DNA from: Patescibacteria group bacterium
GTDB taxonomy: Bacteria > Patescibacteriota > Minisyncoccia > UBA6257 > HR35
Assembly: GCA_030549845.1 (NCBI GenBank)
Contig: JAUQQN010000001.1
Coordinates: 210,001-242,000 of the forward strand
Length of the DNA stretch: 32,000 nucleotides
Direction: 5' to 3'
A program made the position numbers and the translations under genes. The notes below the pieces were generated by a model. The model searched no databases and had not been told where the DNA came from. It was given only the letters and a program-made list of their open reading frames with translations. Shown here in pieces: positions 17,103 to 25,960 of this stretch (its first letter is position 1; every line of letters starts with the position of its first letter).

Positions 17103-19241
17103 ATGAAAATTTCTGTAATTATACCAGCTTATAATGAAGAAAAGGGTATAGCTAAAACCATTGAAAAAATCCCAAAGGAAGTATTTGAAATTATCGTTGT
17201 TGATAACAACTCAACTGATAAAACAGCTGAGGTTGCAAAAAAATTGGGAGCAAAAGTTATAAGAGAAACAAAACAAGGCTATGGTTATGCGCTTCAGAAA
17301 GGGTTTAAAGAGGCAAAAGGAGATATTATTGTTACCTTAGACGCTGATGCTCAATATCCAGGAGAAAAAATTTTAGAACTTGTGGAATATTTAGAAAAAA
17401 ATAATTTAGATTTTTTAAACTGTTCTCGATTTCCTTTACAAAATAAAAATTCTTTGAGCTTTACAAGAGTTTTAGGGAATAAATTTTTAACAATATTAGC
17501 GAACTTTCTCTTTGGCTTAAAACTAAAAGATTCTCAATCCGGAATGATGGTTTTTAAAAAAGAAATTTTAAAAAAAATAAATCTTGAATCAGGTGATATG
17601 CCTTTATCACAAGAATTAAAAATAAAAACAATTTTGGCTGGATTCAATTTCGATGAAATAAATATTCCTTATTATCCACGCGCGGGCGAGTCAAAACTTT
17701 TTCCAATAAAACATGGAATAAAAAATACTTTTCATCTTCTTAATTTAAAAAATCAATATGGCTGGGGTTTGCTTTCATTTGTGCCTTTAATTTTAATTAT
17801 TTTCCTCTATACTTATTTTTCTAGTTTTAATTTAAACAAACCCTTTATTAATGTAACCTCTGATGTTAATGGTGAAAATGGGCTTGCTGTTTTAAATTGG
17901 CTCAATGTTGGACCTTTAGAAATGAAATTTGGAAAATATGTTGGTGGTTATTTGACTAAAGAAAACTTCAATTTTGAAGAACTAAAAAATAATAAAGAAA
18001 ATACTTTTTATACCCACCATCCTGTTTTTTATCTTTTACCAACTTATTTTCTCTATAAAATTTTTGGAATTTCTGAGCTAACTACAAGAGCTGGGGTATT
18101 TTTAATGTTTGTTATTAGTATAATGTTTTTCTATCTCGCTCTACAAAAAATTTTTAATAATTTAATTTTTCCAACTCTTATTACTTTTATTTTTATAATT
18201 CTTCCTGGAACAATTTATTATGGCACAACCTTTGAACTTGCTGTCTTTGCTCTTCCAACTGCTTTAATTACTTTTTCATTTTTTGTTTTTTATTATTTTT
18301 CTAAGAAAAATGTTTTTCTTTATTTATTGATTCTTTCAATAATTTTAGGAGGTTTAATGTCGTGGTTTTATTTCTTTATGCCAGCAAGCATTTGGTTTTA
18401 TCTTTTATCTGATAAACGAAAAGATTTTATTAAGGAAAGAAAATTATTAATAATTGCTTTACCACTTGTTTCTGTTTTGGTTTTTTCTCTCAATCTTTTA
18501 CATATTTACATTCTTAGAGGTTTTGATGGTTTGATTGATCTAAAAGAAGCTTTCAAATATAGATCAGCAAAATTTCCTCTTCAGTTTTGGCTCAGAGATA
18601 TTTATAGTAGAATGGAGCTTAATTTTAACAAAATCTTTATTTTGCTTGCTGTTTTTGGATTTTTTACTTATTTGTTCAATTATTTCGAAAAATATAAAAT
18701 TTTTCTTCCATTATTTTTAATGCCTGTTTTAAATACTTTTGTTTTCTATCAATGGAGCACTCATCCATTTGGTGTTGTTTTCTTTTTGCCAATTGTTGCT
18801 GTTTTTAGTTTTTTTGTTTTGTTATTTGTTTCAGAGAAAATAAAAAACTATGGGATTTTAATTTCAATATTAATTTTAATTTTTGGCTTTTACTTGTCTT
18901 ATAAAAAACTAGATTTCTTTACAAATAAATTCTTAATTTTAGGAGAAAAAGATATTTTAGCGCTAAAAGAACTAAAAAATCAATTAAAAGATAACGAGAT
19001 TTGTTTAGGCCAAAATCAAATGGGGCTTTATTACGGTGGAATTGTTATGTGGTATTTAAGAAAAAATATTTATTTTTCGCCAAATTGCTTAGAAGATGAA
19101 AGTAAATTGAAAAATTTAAGATTAGCCATAGTTTTTCATCCTCAATTAGGCCAATTTTATTTAGATGAAACTAACAAATTCTTAACCAAAGGATTCAAAT
19201 TAATTGATTGTGCTGATCTTTGGTGCTTTTTACAAAAATGA
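17103..19241 (+). CDS. fusion protein: GT2 polyprenyl-phosphate glycosyltransferase (DPM1/GtrB-like) + polytopic (>=11 TM) GT-C-like membrane domain
   Basis: MKISVIIPAYNEE...VVDNNSTDKT...TLDADAQYP...DSQSGMMVF GT2 core (about 225 aa). This is followed by about 11 hydrophobic helices and a roughly 100-aa C-terminal soluble tail. I prefer ATG 17103 to the track's TTG 17076. TATAAT at 17090-17095 lies 7 nt upstream. Confidence 0.8.
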   Translation: MKISVIIPAYNEEKGIAKTIEKIPKEVFEIIVVDNNSTDKTAEVAKKLGAKVIRETKQGYGYALQKGFKEAKGDIIVTLDADAQYPGEKILELVEYLEKNNLDFLNCSRFPLQNKNSLSFTRVLGNKFLTILANFLFGLKLKDSQSGMMVFKKEILKKINLESGDMPLSQELKIKTILAGFNFDEINIPYYPRAGESKLFPIKHGIKNTFHLLNLKNQYGWGLLSFVPLILIIFLYTYFSSFNLNKPFINVTSDVNGENGLAVLNWLNVGPLEMKFGKYVGGYLTKENFNFEELKNNKENTFYTHHPVFYLLPTYFLYKIFGISELTTRAGVFLMFVISIMFFYLALQKIFNNLIFPTLITFIFIILPGTIYYGTTFELAVFALPTALITFSFFVFYYFSKKNVFLYLLILSIILGGLMSWFYFFMPASIWFYLLSDKRKDFIKERKLLIIALPLVSVLVFSLNLLHIYILRGFDGLIDLKEAFKYRSAKFPLQFWLRDIYSRMELNFNKIFILLAVFGFFTYLFNYFEKYKIFLPLFLMPVLNTFVFYQWSTHPFGVVFFLPIVAVFSFFVLLFVSEKIKNYGILISILILIFGFYLSYKKLDFFTNKFLILGEKDILALKELKNQLKDNEICLGQNQMGLYYGGIVMWYLRKNIYFSPNCLEDESKLKNLRLAIVFHPQLGQFYLDETNKFLTKGFKLIDCADLWCFLQK

Positions 19242-19627
19242 CCTTAAAAGAGGAAATCAAGAAATTTATTTTGTATGGTGTTGGAGGTGGTTTAGCTCTT
19301 ATAATAAACTTATCATTAGCTTATCTATTCACGGAAAAATTAAAAATTTTCTATCTTGGCTCAGCAATTTTAAGTTATATTATTAGCTTAATTTTTAATT
19401 TTCTTTTTCAATCTTTTATAACTTTTAAGACAAGGCGAGAATTGTTTTTACAACGATTTCTCGAATTTTCTATCGTCCAAACAGTAGGCCTTAGTTTATA
19501 TTCAATTTTGGTTTTTATCTTCACCGAAAAACTTAAAATCTACTATCTAATTTCAATAATTTTAAGTAGTGCTTTAGTTTACTTTTCTAACTTTCTTTTA
19601 TCAAGATTTTATGTTTTTAAAAGTTAA
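19238..19627 (+). CDS. GtrA-like small polytopic membrane protein
   Basis: 129 aa with 4 predicted TM helices and a KKFILYGVGGGLALIINL N-terminus typical of the GtrA family. ATGA overlap with the upstream GT2 fusion. I prefer ATG 19238 to TTG 19220. Confidence 0.65.
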   Translation: MTLKEEIKKFILYGVGGGLALIINLSLAYLFTEKLKIFYLGSAILSYIISLIFNFLFQSFITFKTRRELFLQRFLEFSIVQTVGLSLYSILVFIFTEKLKIYYLISIILSSALVYFSNFLLSRFYVFKS

Positions 19628-19628
19628 T

Positions 19629-20732
19629 CTACAATTTTTTAATTTCTTCAAAAAGTCTGGTTATAAAACTCTCTAAAGAAAATTCTTGTGCTCTTTTTTT
19701 AGCGTTTTTTCCAAATAATTTTCTTAATTTTTCATCTTCTAATAGTTTTTTAATAGCTTCATTAAGTTCTTGAGGATTTCTTGGTTTTACTACAAAACCG
19801 GTCTTACCATTAATATTTATCCAACTTGTTCCTGTTCCAAGTTCTGTGGAAATTACTGGTTTTCCAAAAGCCATTGCTTCTAAAAGAACAATCCCAAAAG
19901 TTTCTGATTTGTAAATAGAAGGCAAAACAAAAACATCACAAGCTAAATAATAAGGTCTTAGATCTTTTACCGAAGGAATTATAAAAACTTTACTTTCTAA
20001 ACCATAATTCTTTATCATTATTAAAAGTTTTTCTTTTAATTTTCCTTCACCAATTATAAGAATCTTTGCCTCAAGATCTTTACTGGCTTTAATCAAATAT
20101 TCGAAACCTTTGTAATAGATTAATCTACCAACAGATAAAATTAAAGGGGATCCAAATTTTTTTCTTATTTCTTCAGCTTCTTTTTTAAGACTATCATTTT
20201 CTTTAAAATATTCTAAATCTATTCCAAATGGAATGACAACACATTTTTCTTTAAATCTTTTTAAATAATTTGAATTTTCTATTAAATTTGGATTAGAAAC
20301 AAAAATTTTTTTTGCTTTTTTAAGAGCATATAAATGAAATAATCTAAAGAATACTTCTAATAATTTTTGTCTCACAATATCTGAATGATACCAAATAACT
20401 AAATTTTTATCCCTGGAAAATAAAGAATAGGCAATAAATCCTAGGGGGAAAGGATAATGTAGAAATATTAAATCATAATTTTTTTCTATATTTCTATAGA
20501 AATGTAGAAAATGAAAAGAGAGTGGCATTCCTAAAAATACACCCAAACTTTTTACTCGCATTACTTTCACTCCATTAACTTCTTCAATAACAGTTTTATT
20601 TTTGTCATTACATACTAAAACATCAACTTCTAAATCATCATTTTTATTCAAGCCTTCAGCAATCTCTTGAGCTATCTTTTCAACTCCCCCAATCCAAGGA
20701 TAATATAACTTATTTAACTGAAGGATTTTCAT
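19629..20732 (-). CDS. GT4-family glycosyltransferase
   Basis: GT-B fold hallmarks: N-terminal YPWIGGVEK and C-terminal PSIYKSETFGIVLLEAMAFGKPVIST (E-x7-E). It contains an intragenic copy of the 26-bp palindrome. Confidence 0.85.
   Translation of the reverse strand: MKILQLNKLYYPWIGGVEKIAQEIAEGLNKNDDLEVDVLVCNDKNKTVIEEVNGVKVMRVKSLGVFLGMPLSFHFLHFYRNIEKNYDLIFLHYPFPLGFIAYSLFSRDKNLVIWYHSDIVRQKLLEVFFRLFHLYALKKAKKIFVSNPNLIENSNYLKRFKEKCVVIPFGIDLEYFKENDSLKKEAEEIRKKFGSPLILSVGRLIYYKGFEYLIKASKDLEAKILIIGEGKLKEKLLIMIKNYGLESKVFIIPSVKDLRPYYLACDVFVLPSIYKSETFGIVLLEAMAFGKPVISTELGTGTSWININGKTGFVVKPRNPQELNEAIKKLLEDEKLRKLFGKNAKKRAQEFSLESFITRLFEEIKKL
20484..20509. promoter_or_regulatory. 26-bp composite palindrome, copy D (intragenic)
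   Basis: TTCTA TAT TTCTATAGAA ATG TAGAA. All 20 specified positions are identical to copies A-C. It encodes ...LHFYRNIEKN... of the GT4 protein. Confidence 0.5.
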
Positions 20733-21558
20733 AATAAGCTAAATAATAATCGCCTTTAATTTTTTTTAATTTAAAATTATATTTTTTTAAAAATTTAGAA
20801 ATGAAATTAAAATTTTCAACATTAGTCTTCCAAATTTCTATAATTATTTTAGACCTTAAGAAAAATAATGAATTTGCCATCCCTTTTAAAACTAAATCCT
20901 CAGCTCCTTCAACGTCAATTTTAATACAAGAAATATTTTCTAGTGGTATCTTAAAATTTCGAACAAAGATATCAAATGTAGTAGTATTTACATAAATTTT
21001 ACCAAATTGCTTGTCGAGATTTTTTAAAGAATGAGTTACTGAATATGGAGATAAATAAAAATCTATCATTCCAATTTTATCAGAAAGTGCTAGCTGTAGA
21101 GGAATTATTTTATTGTCTAAATGGTTTAATTGAATATTATCTTTTAAAATGGAAAAGTTTGTTGGTTCTGGCTCGAAGGCATAAATTTTTTCATAAAAAT
21201 CAGAAAATAAAATGGAATATTTCCCGATATGAGCGCCTGCATCTATGAAAATACCTCCTTTATTTTGAAGGAACTTATTTATCCCTTCATCAGCTAATAA
21301 AGTCATAAGGTCAATATCATCTCTAATTTTAAAAATTTTATTTTGTATTTTGATATTAATTTTTTTATATATTCTGCTAATAATATTTTTTCTTAATCGA
21401 AAATAAAAATCAGGATTTAAAAATTGGAGCGGTTTTAAAAATAATTTAGTTAGAGCGCCTAATATTATTTTTATTTTAATTAAGCCTGGGGCCTTAATTT
21501 GGAAAAGAAAAATTTGAGATCTTACAAAATGAAATAAATTCCAAAAAACTTTAGCCAT
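20710..21558 (-). CDS. FkbM-family SAM-dependent methyltransferase
   Basis: GGIFIDAGAHIGKYSILFS...IYAFEPEPTNFSILKDNI...IKIDVEGAE, the characteristic FkbM pattern. Confidence 0.8.
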   Translation of the reverse strand: MAKVFWNLFHFVRSQIFLFQIKAPGLIKIKIILGALTKLFLKPLQFLNPDFYFRLRKNIISRIYKKINIKIQNKIFKIRDDIDLMTLLADEGINKFLQNKGGIFIDAGAHIGKYSILFSDFYEKIYAFEPEPTNFSILKDNIQLNHLDNKIIPLQLALSDKIGMIDFYLSPYSVTHSLKNLDKQFGKIYVNTTTFDIFVRNFKIPLENISCIKIDVEGAEDLVLKGMANSLFFLRSKIIIEIWKTNVENFNFISKFLKKYNFKLKKIKGDYYLAYYENPSVK

Positions 21559-21561
21559 TAA

Positions 21562-22659
21562 TTAGTCTAAATAAATTTTTTTATATTTAACTATCATACT
21601 TTTAATATTATATTTTTCTTGGGTTAATTTAAATCCATTTTCGGCAATTTTTGTTTTTAAATTTTGATCTTTAAGTAATAGAAGGATTTTTTCTTTTAAA
21701 TCTTCTGGATCACCAAAATTAAACAAAATTCCATTTTCTTTATCTTTAATTAACCCTCTAATTCCATGAACAGCTGAAGCAATTACTGGTTTTTTTATCG
21801 CCCAAGCTTCTAAAATAACTAAAGGCAAGCCTTCCCATCGAGTTGAAAGGACGAAAATATCTGAATCTTGCAAAATTTCTTTTACTTCTTTTTTAAAACC
21901 CAAAAATATGATTTTGTTTTTTAATTTTAATCTTTCAACTAAATTTTCTAATTTCTTCATATCTGGGCCATTGCCAACTATAAATAAAATTATATTTTCA
22001 TTTCTAAGCAAATTAATTGATTTAATTAAAGTTTCGACATCTTTTTGATAATGAAGCCGGCAAATAGTTGTTATAATTATTTCATCTTGTAAATTAAAAT
22101 TTCTTCTTAAAAATTCACTTTCTATGTTTTGATATTCTTGTAAATTTATCCCATTTTCTATTAAAAATAATTTATTTTTTTTAATAAGTTTTAATTTATT
22201 AGCTAAATCATAATCATCCTTACTAACACAAATTAGATAATCGACAAATAAATAATTCGTAATTATTTCCCATATCAGAAAAATTAAATTAAAAGGGAAT
22301 TTTTTTCTTATAAAATGAATTCCATGAAGAGTATAAACAAATTTAAAATCTTTCCTTAGAGTTAAAAATAAAACAAGTTTTAAAAAAATACTTGCTCTAG
22401 TACCATGAACATGAATAATTGAAAATTGAAAATCAAAAATTATTTTTTTTAAACTTTTAATTATTTTTAAAAAAGATTTTTTTTTAGGGAAATAAATCTT
22501 GAAATCTTTTAATTCTTCTTCAAATTCTTTTTGGGGTTTTTGGGGTAGGAAAAATATAAAATCAAACTCATTTTTTAATCCTTTAGCAATATTAAGAGCA
22601 ATTTTTTCCCCTCCTGATAATTTTTCGCTACTTAAAATAAAAAGTATACTTTTTTTCAT
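21562..22659 (-). CDS. GT4-family glycosyltransferase
   Basis: SGGEKIALNIAKGL N-terminus and STRWEGLPLVILEAWAIKKPVIAS E-x7-E motif. Confidence 0.85.
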   Translation of the reverse strand: MKKSILFILSSEKLSGGEKIALNIAKGLKNEFDFIFFLPQKPQKEFEEELKDFKIYFPKKKSFLKIIKSLKKIIFDFQFSIIHVHGTRASIFLKLVLFLTLRKDFKFVYTLHGIHFIRKKFPFNLIFLIWEIITNYLFVDYLICVSKDDYDLANKLKLIKKNKLFLIENGINLQEYQNIESEFLRRNFNLQDEIIITTICRLHYQKDVETLIKSINLLRNENIILFIVGNGPDMKKLENLVERLKLKNKIIFLGFKKEVKEILQDSDIFVLSTRWEGLPLVILEAWAIKKPVIASAVHGIRGLIKDKENGILFNFGDPEDLKEKILLLLKDQNLKTKIAENGFKLTQEKYNIKSMIVKYKKIYLD

Positions 22660-23669
22660 AACTTTTTTAAAATTTCAAGGCCTTTTATATAGCTTTCTTT
22701 AAATTTAATTCTATAATAAAAAACTTTCATTCGCCATAAAAATTTTCTTTGAAACATTCTTAATAAATATTCTATTTTTCTGTAAGGTCTATAACCAGTA
22801 AAAGATAAAAGAAGAAAGAAGAAAGAAAAAAAATTAAATCCTATTTTTAATGAATTCAAAAATGCTTTTCTTCCCATGGAAAGATTATTTGACAAACAAT
22901 AGAAATTCCCTAATCTGGAATACCAAATTTTGCGCATAAAAATTGTATACTTAAAATATTTATCTTTATCACTAAAATTTCTTTCTTTTAATTTTTCTTC
23001 TGTAAATTCTTCAATTAAAGAATTTATTCTTTTGACAAAATTAATTGCATTTTTATTTTCCACGTATGAGCCTTGCTTGGGATGTCTTGAATAAAGAGAA
23101 ATTGGCTCTTTTCTAAGCAATGCTTGTTTATTAAAATTATCTTTCTCTTTTAAAAAATACCTATAAAGCATTCCAAACTCATCAACTCCGTTTTGTTCTG
23201 GTTTAAAATACTCTCCTTCCTTCACTACTTTTCTTCTAACAATTAAATTAACTGGCCCACCGTGTTCATAATTGATTATTTTTTTAGTATCTTCATCGAA
23301 AGCCCAGGCAATTGTATATAAAATATCAACTTCTGGATGCTCATCTAAGTATTTTACTCTTTTTTCTAAATTTTCAGGATAAAAAATATCATCTTGATCT
23401 AAAAAAGCTATATATTTACCTTTTGCTTCTTTACAAGCTATTGTTCTTGGAATTGCTGGTCCTCCAGTGTTTTCTTTTAATTCAATTAACTTAATTCTTG
23501 AATCTTTATAAACATATTTTTTAACTATTTCCACTGTTTTATCTTGAGAAGCATCATCTACAATAATCATTTCCCAGTCTTTAAATGTTTGCCATAAAAC
23601 ACTTTTTATCGCTCTCCCAATAAATTTTTCTCCATTATAAGTTGGAGTTATTATTGAAACTTTAGTCAT
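22656..23669 (-). CDS. GT2-family glycosyltransferase
   Basis: VSIITPTYNGEKFIGRAIKSVLWQTFKDWEMIIVDDASQDKT and FLDQDD (DxD). Confidence 0.85.
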   Translation of the reverse strand: MTKVSIITPTYNGEKFIGRAIKSVLWQTFKDWEMIIVDDASQDKTVEIVKKYVYKDSRIKLIELKENTGGPAIPRTIACKEAKGKYIAFLDQDDIFYPENLEKRVKYLDEHPEVDILYTIAWAFDEDTKKIINYEHGGPVNLIVRRKVVKEGEYFKPEQNGVDEFGMLYRYFLKEKDNFNKQALLRKEPISLYSRHPKQGSYVENKNAINFVKRINSLIEEFTEEKLKERNFSDKDKYFKYTIFMRKIWYSRLGNFYCLSNNLSMGRKAFLNSLKIGFNFFSFFFLLLSFTGYRPYRKIEYLLRMFQRKFLWRMKVFYYRIKFKESYIKGLEILKKL

Positions 23670-23671
23670 TT

Positions 23672-24649
23672 CTATTTAAAAAATAATATCGTATATATTT
23701 CTTTAAAAAGTATCCAGATCCTTAAATAAATAATTTTCCAAAACAAAAATCTAAAAAATAGCTGTAATTTTAAAAATTTATAATATAAATTCGAGTGGTT
23801 TATAAAATATGCTTTATTAGATTGTATTTCTAAAATTTTTTCCAAGATAAAATCAACTCTGTTTTTATAAGTATGTTTTTCTAGGGCCAACTTTCTTCCA
23901 TTTGCGGCAATTTTTTCTCTTTCGCTTTCATTCTTTAAATAATATTCAATTTTCTTCCTTAAGTCCTTATAGGTTCCATCATAAACTACTAAATGTTTTT
24001 TGTCCTCAAATAATTCCTCAAAGCCGTTATTTTTTATTTTATTTGTCATAAGCAAAGATCCTGAACACAAAGCTTCAAATACTCTCATGTTTATATCATT
24101 ATTTACATTATAATTAACAACTATTTTTGCTTGAGAATAAATTTTACCTATATCTTTACAATCACCTGAAGAAATAAAAGAATTAGGAAAATCCCTTTTT
24201 AAATTTAATAATAATTTCTTTCTCCACCCCTTACCAGTCTGCCCTATAAAGGCTATATCATATATTTTTTCAAGATTTTGTTTACCATGCCATTCTGGAT
24301 CACAAGCTAAAGGAAGCCAATAAGTATTCTTATTAACTTTTTTAAATTTCTCGACATATTCCTTTTGAGCAACAAAAATAAGATCAAAACTTTTAGCCAT
24401 AACTATATCACACATAAAAGAAGTATGAGAATCAATAATCCATATAATCTTAGGATGATAATTAATATCTAAAATATAGTGACTTCCATCGTCGATAGCT
24501 AAAATAAGGTGTGGTTCAAACTCATATATTTTCCGGAAATCTTTTTTATCCGATAAAATATAAACTTCATTTTTTCTTTCTAAAACTCTTAAAATATATT
24601 GTCCTGTAGTACATAAGTGATTTTTTTTAAAAATAAGAAGTATTTTCAT
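23672..24649 (-). CDS. CgeB-like / Glyco_trans_1_2-type glycosyltransferase-like protein
   Basis: C-terminal half (INMRVFEALCSGSLLMTN...LVVYDG...EREKIAANGRKLALEKHTY) resembles the CgeB-type GT-B C-domain. The N-terminal half has no assignment. Confidence 0.6.
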   Translation of the reverse strand: MKILLIFKKNHLCTTGQYILRVLERKNEVYILSDKKDFRKIYEFEPHLILAIDDGSHYILDINYHPKIIWIIDSHTSFMCDIVMAKSFDLIFVAQKEYVEKFKKVNKNTYWLPLACDPEWHGKQNLEKIYDIAFIGQTGKGWRKKLLLNLKRDFPNSFISSGDCKDIGKIYSQAKIVVNYNVNNDINMRVFEALCSGSLLMTNKIKNNGFEELFEDKKHLVVYDGTYKDLRKKIEYYLKNESEREKIAANGRKLALEKHTYKNRVDFILEKILEIQSNKAYFINHSNLYYKFLKLQLFFRFLFWKIIYLRIWILFKEIYTILFFK

Positions 24650-24803
24650 TTTAAAAGTTTAATATCGGTAACTTTTTCTATCATTTTATTATAATCTCTC
24701 ATTCTAACCAAAAACCATTATATTATAATCATCTTGATAATTTCTCTTGACTTAAAAATCATAATTATTGACGACAAAAGAATTGTCTTTTATTCATGGA
24801 TTA

Positions 24804-25949
24804 TTAAATTAATATCTTTTCAATAATTTTTTTATACTTACTAAGAGATGAATCTATTGAGAATGTATCTAAATTAGCTTTTGCATTTTTTATAAATTTT
24901 TCTCTTATTTCTTTATTTTTTAAAATAATTAAAATCTTTTCCGACATAATTTGTGAATTGCCAACTGGCACTAAAAATCCATTATATCCATCTTTAATTA
25001 TTTCTCTCGGTCCAAAATCACAATCAGTAGCGATAACTGGTAAATCACAAGCAATTGCTTCTATTAAAACAATCGGCATACCTTCATGAAAACTACTTAA
25101 AACAAAAACGTCTGAATTTTTCATATATTTATACGGATTATTTTTATGACCTAATAAAAAGACATTTGATTCCAAACATAATTCTTTGATTTCTGCCTCT
25201 ATCTTTAACCTATCAGGACCTTCACCTACAATTACTAAATAAGCATCAAGATTTTTAATCACAAGAGAAAATGCTTTTAGTAAGGTTATGATATCTTTTT
25301 GGTGTAAATCTAATCTATTTACAGCTAAAATTATTGGCTTTAATTTATTTTTAAAAATTTCTTCATCAATTTCTTCATTACTTAAAAATTTAATTTTTTC
25401 TATATCTATGAAGTTATAGACAAAAGTTGCTTTTTCATTTTTTAAATTAAATAAGTTTTTTATATCTTGTGAAACACCTTCGCTAGCAGTAACTATTTTA
25501 TCTACATTTTTAAAAGATATTTTGGTTAGAAATTTCACAATAAAATTTTGCTTATTAAATAAATATCTTGTATTACCTTGCTCAATAAAAATTATTTTAC
25601 TTTTTGGCGAAAATATTTTACTTATATAGTAAAAATTAGCATTTGAATGAGGACCGCCTCCAAAACAAATTATTAAATCTGGATTTATTTGAAAAATTCT
25701 TATTCCGAATAAAATAAAAAGTTTAAAGTAAAAAATTAAGTTTCTTGGAAAAAAATAAGGAAAAATTTTAATGCTTTCTTCCAAACCTTTTTTAAAATCC
25801 TTAATAGATTCTTTTTTTATTTTTGTATCAATAGTTAAAAGATAAATATCATATTCTTTACTTAAAAAGTTCATTAAAGCTAAAACTATTTTCTTTCTAC
25901 CACCCAAATCTCCCAACCAATTATCGCCTATAAAAAGAATCTTTTTCAT
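24804..25949 (-). CDS. GT4-family glycosyltransferase
   Basis: LSSFHEGMPIVLIEAIACDLPVIATD E-x7-E motif. 381 aa. Confidence 0.85.
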   Translation of the reverse strand: MKKILFIGDNWLGDLGGRKKIVLALMNFLSKEYDIYLLTIDTKIKKESIKDFKKGLEESIKIFPYFFPRNLIFYFKLFILFGIRIFQINPDLIICFGGGPHSNANFYYISKIFSPKSKIIFIEQGNTRYLFNKQNFIVKFLTKISFKNVDKIVTASEGVSQDIKNLFNLKNEKATFVYNFIDIEKIKFLSNEEIDEEIFKNKLKPIILAVNRLDLHQKDIITLLKAFSLVIKNLDAYLVIVGEGPDRLKIEAEIKELCLESNVFLLGHKNNPYKYMKNSDVFVLSSFHEGMPIVLIEAIACDLPVIATDCDFGPREIIKDGYNGFLVPVGNSQIMSEKILIILKNKEIREKFIKNAKANLDTFSIDSSLSKYKKIIEKILI

Positions 25950-25960
25950 TTCATAAAAAT

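Noticed and set aside
20828-20853. Possible fifth, degenerate copy of the palindrome (TTCCA AAT TTCTA TAATT ATT TTAGA) inside the FkbM gene. Other partial matches occur at 22766-22785, 25396-25418, 27908-27925, 28459-28475 and 30975-30996.
   Set aside because: Only one half, or only the central part, matches. Such partial matches are expected in AT-rich coding sequence. I kept them out of the regulon claim, though 20828-20853 would be worth rechecking in a formal matrix scan.
1976-23494. Eighteen 60-88-aa ORFs in the track lie antisense to, or out of frame within, long genes: 1976-2233, 2325-2525, 3213-3446, 4358-4624, 4678-4884, 5741-5968, 7969-8172, 8275-8463, 8507-8701, 9666-9884, 9871-10080, 13408-13608, 14348-14542, 19204-19386, 20801-20995, 21045-21248, 22499-22702, 23312-23494.
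   Set aside because: All are fully embedded in confidently identified genes. Their translations are low-complexity (F/L/I/S/K-rich), as expected for shadow frames in AT-rich DNA. None has a recognisable motif or its own promoter-like signal.
24650-24803. The 154-nt gap inside the glycan operon, with two ATTATAATC direct repeats (about 24690-24698 and 24722-24730), as an internal promoter or regulatory element.
   Set aside because: TATAAT boxes are readable on the minus strand, but I could not pair either with a credible -35, and the palindrome motif is absent. It may well be an internal promoter but is not supportable from sequence alone.
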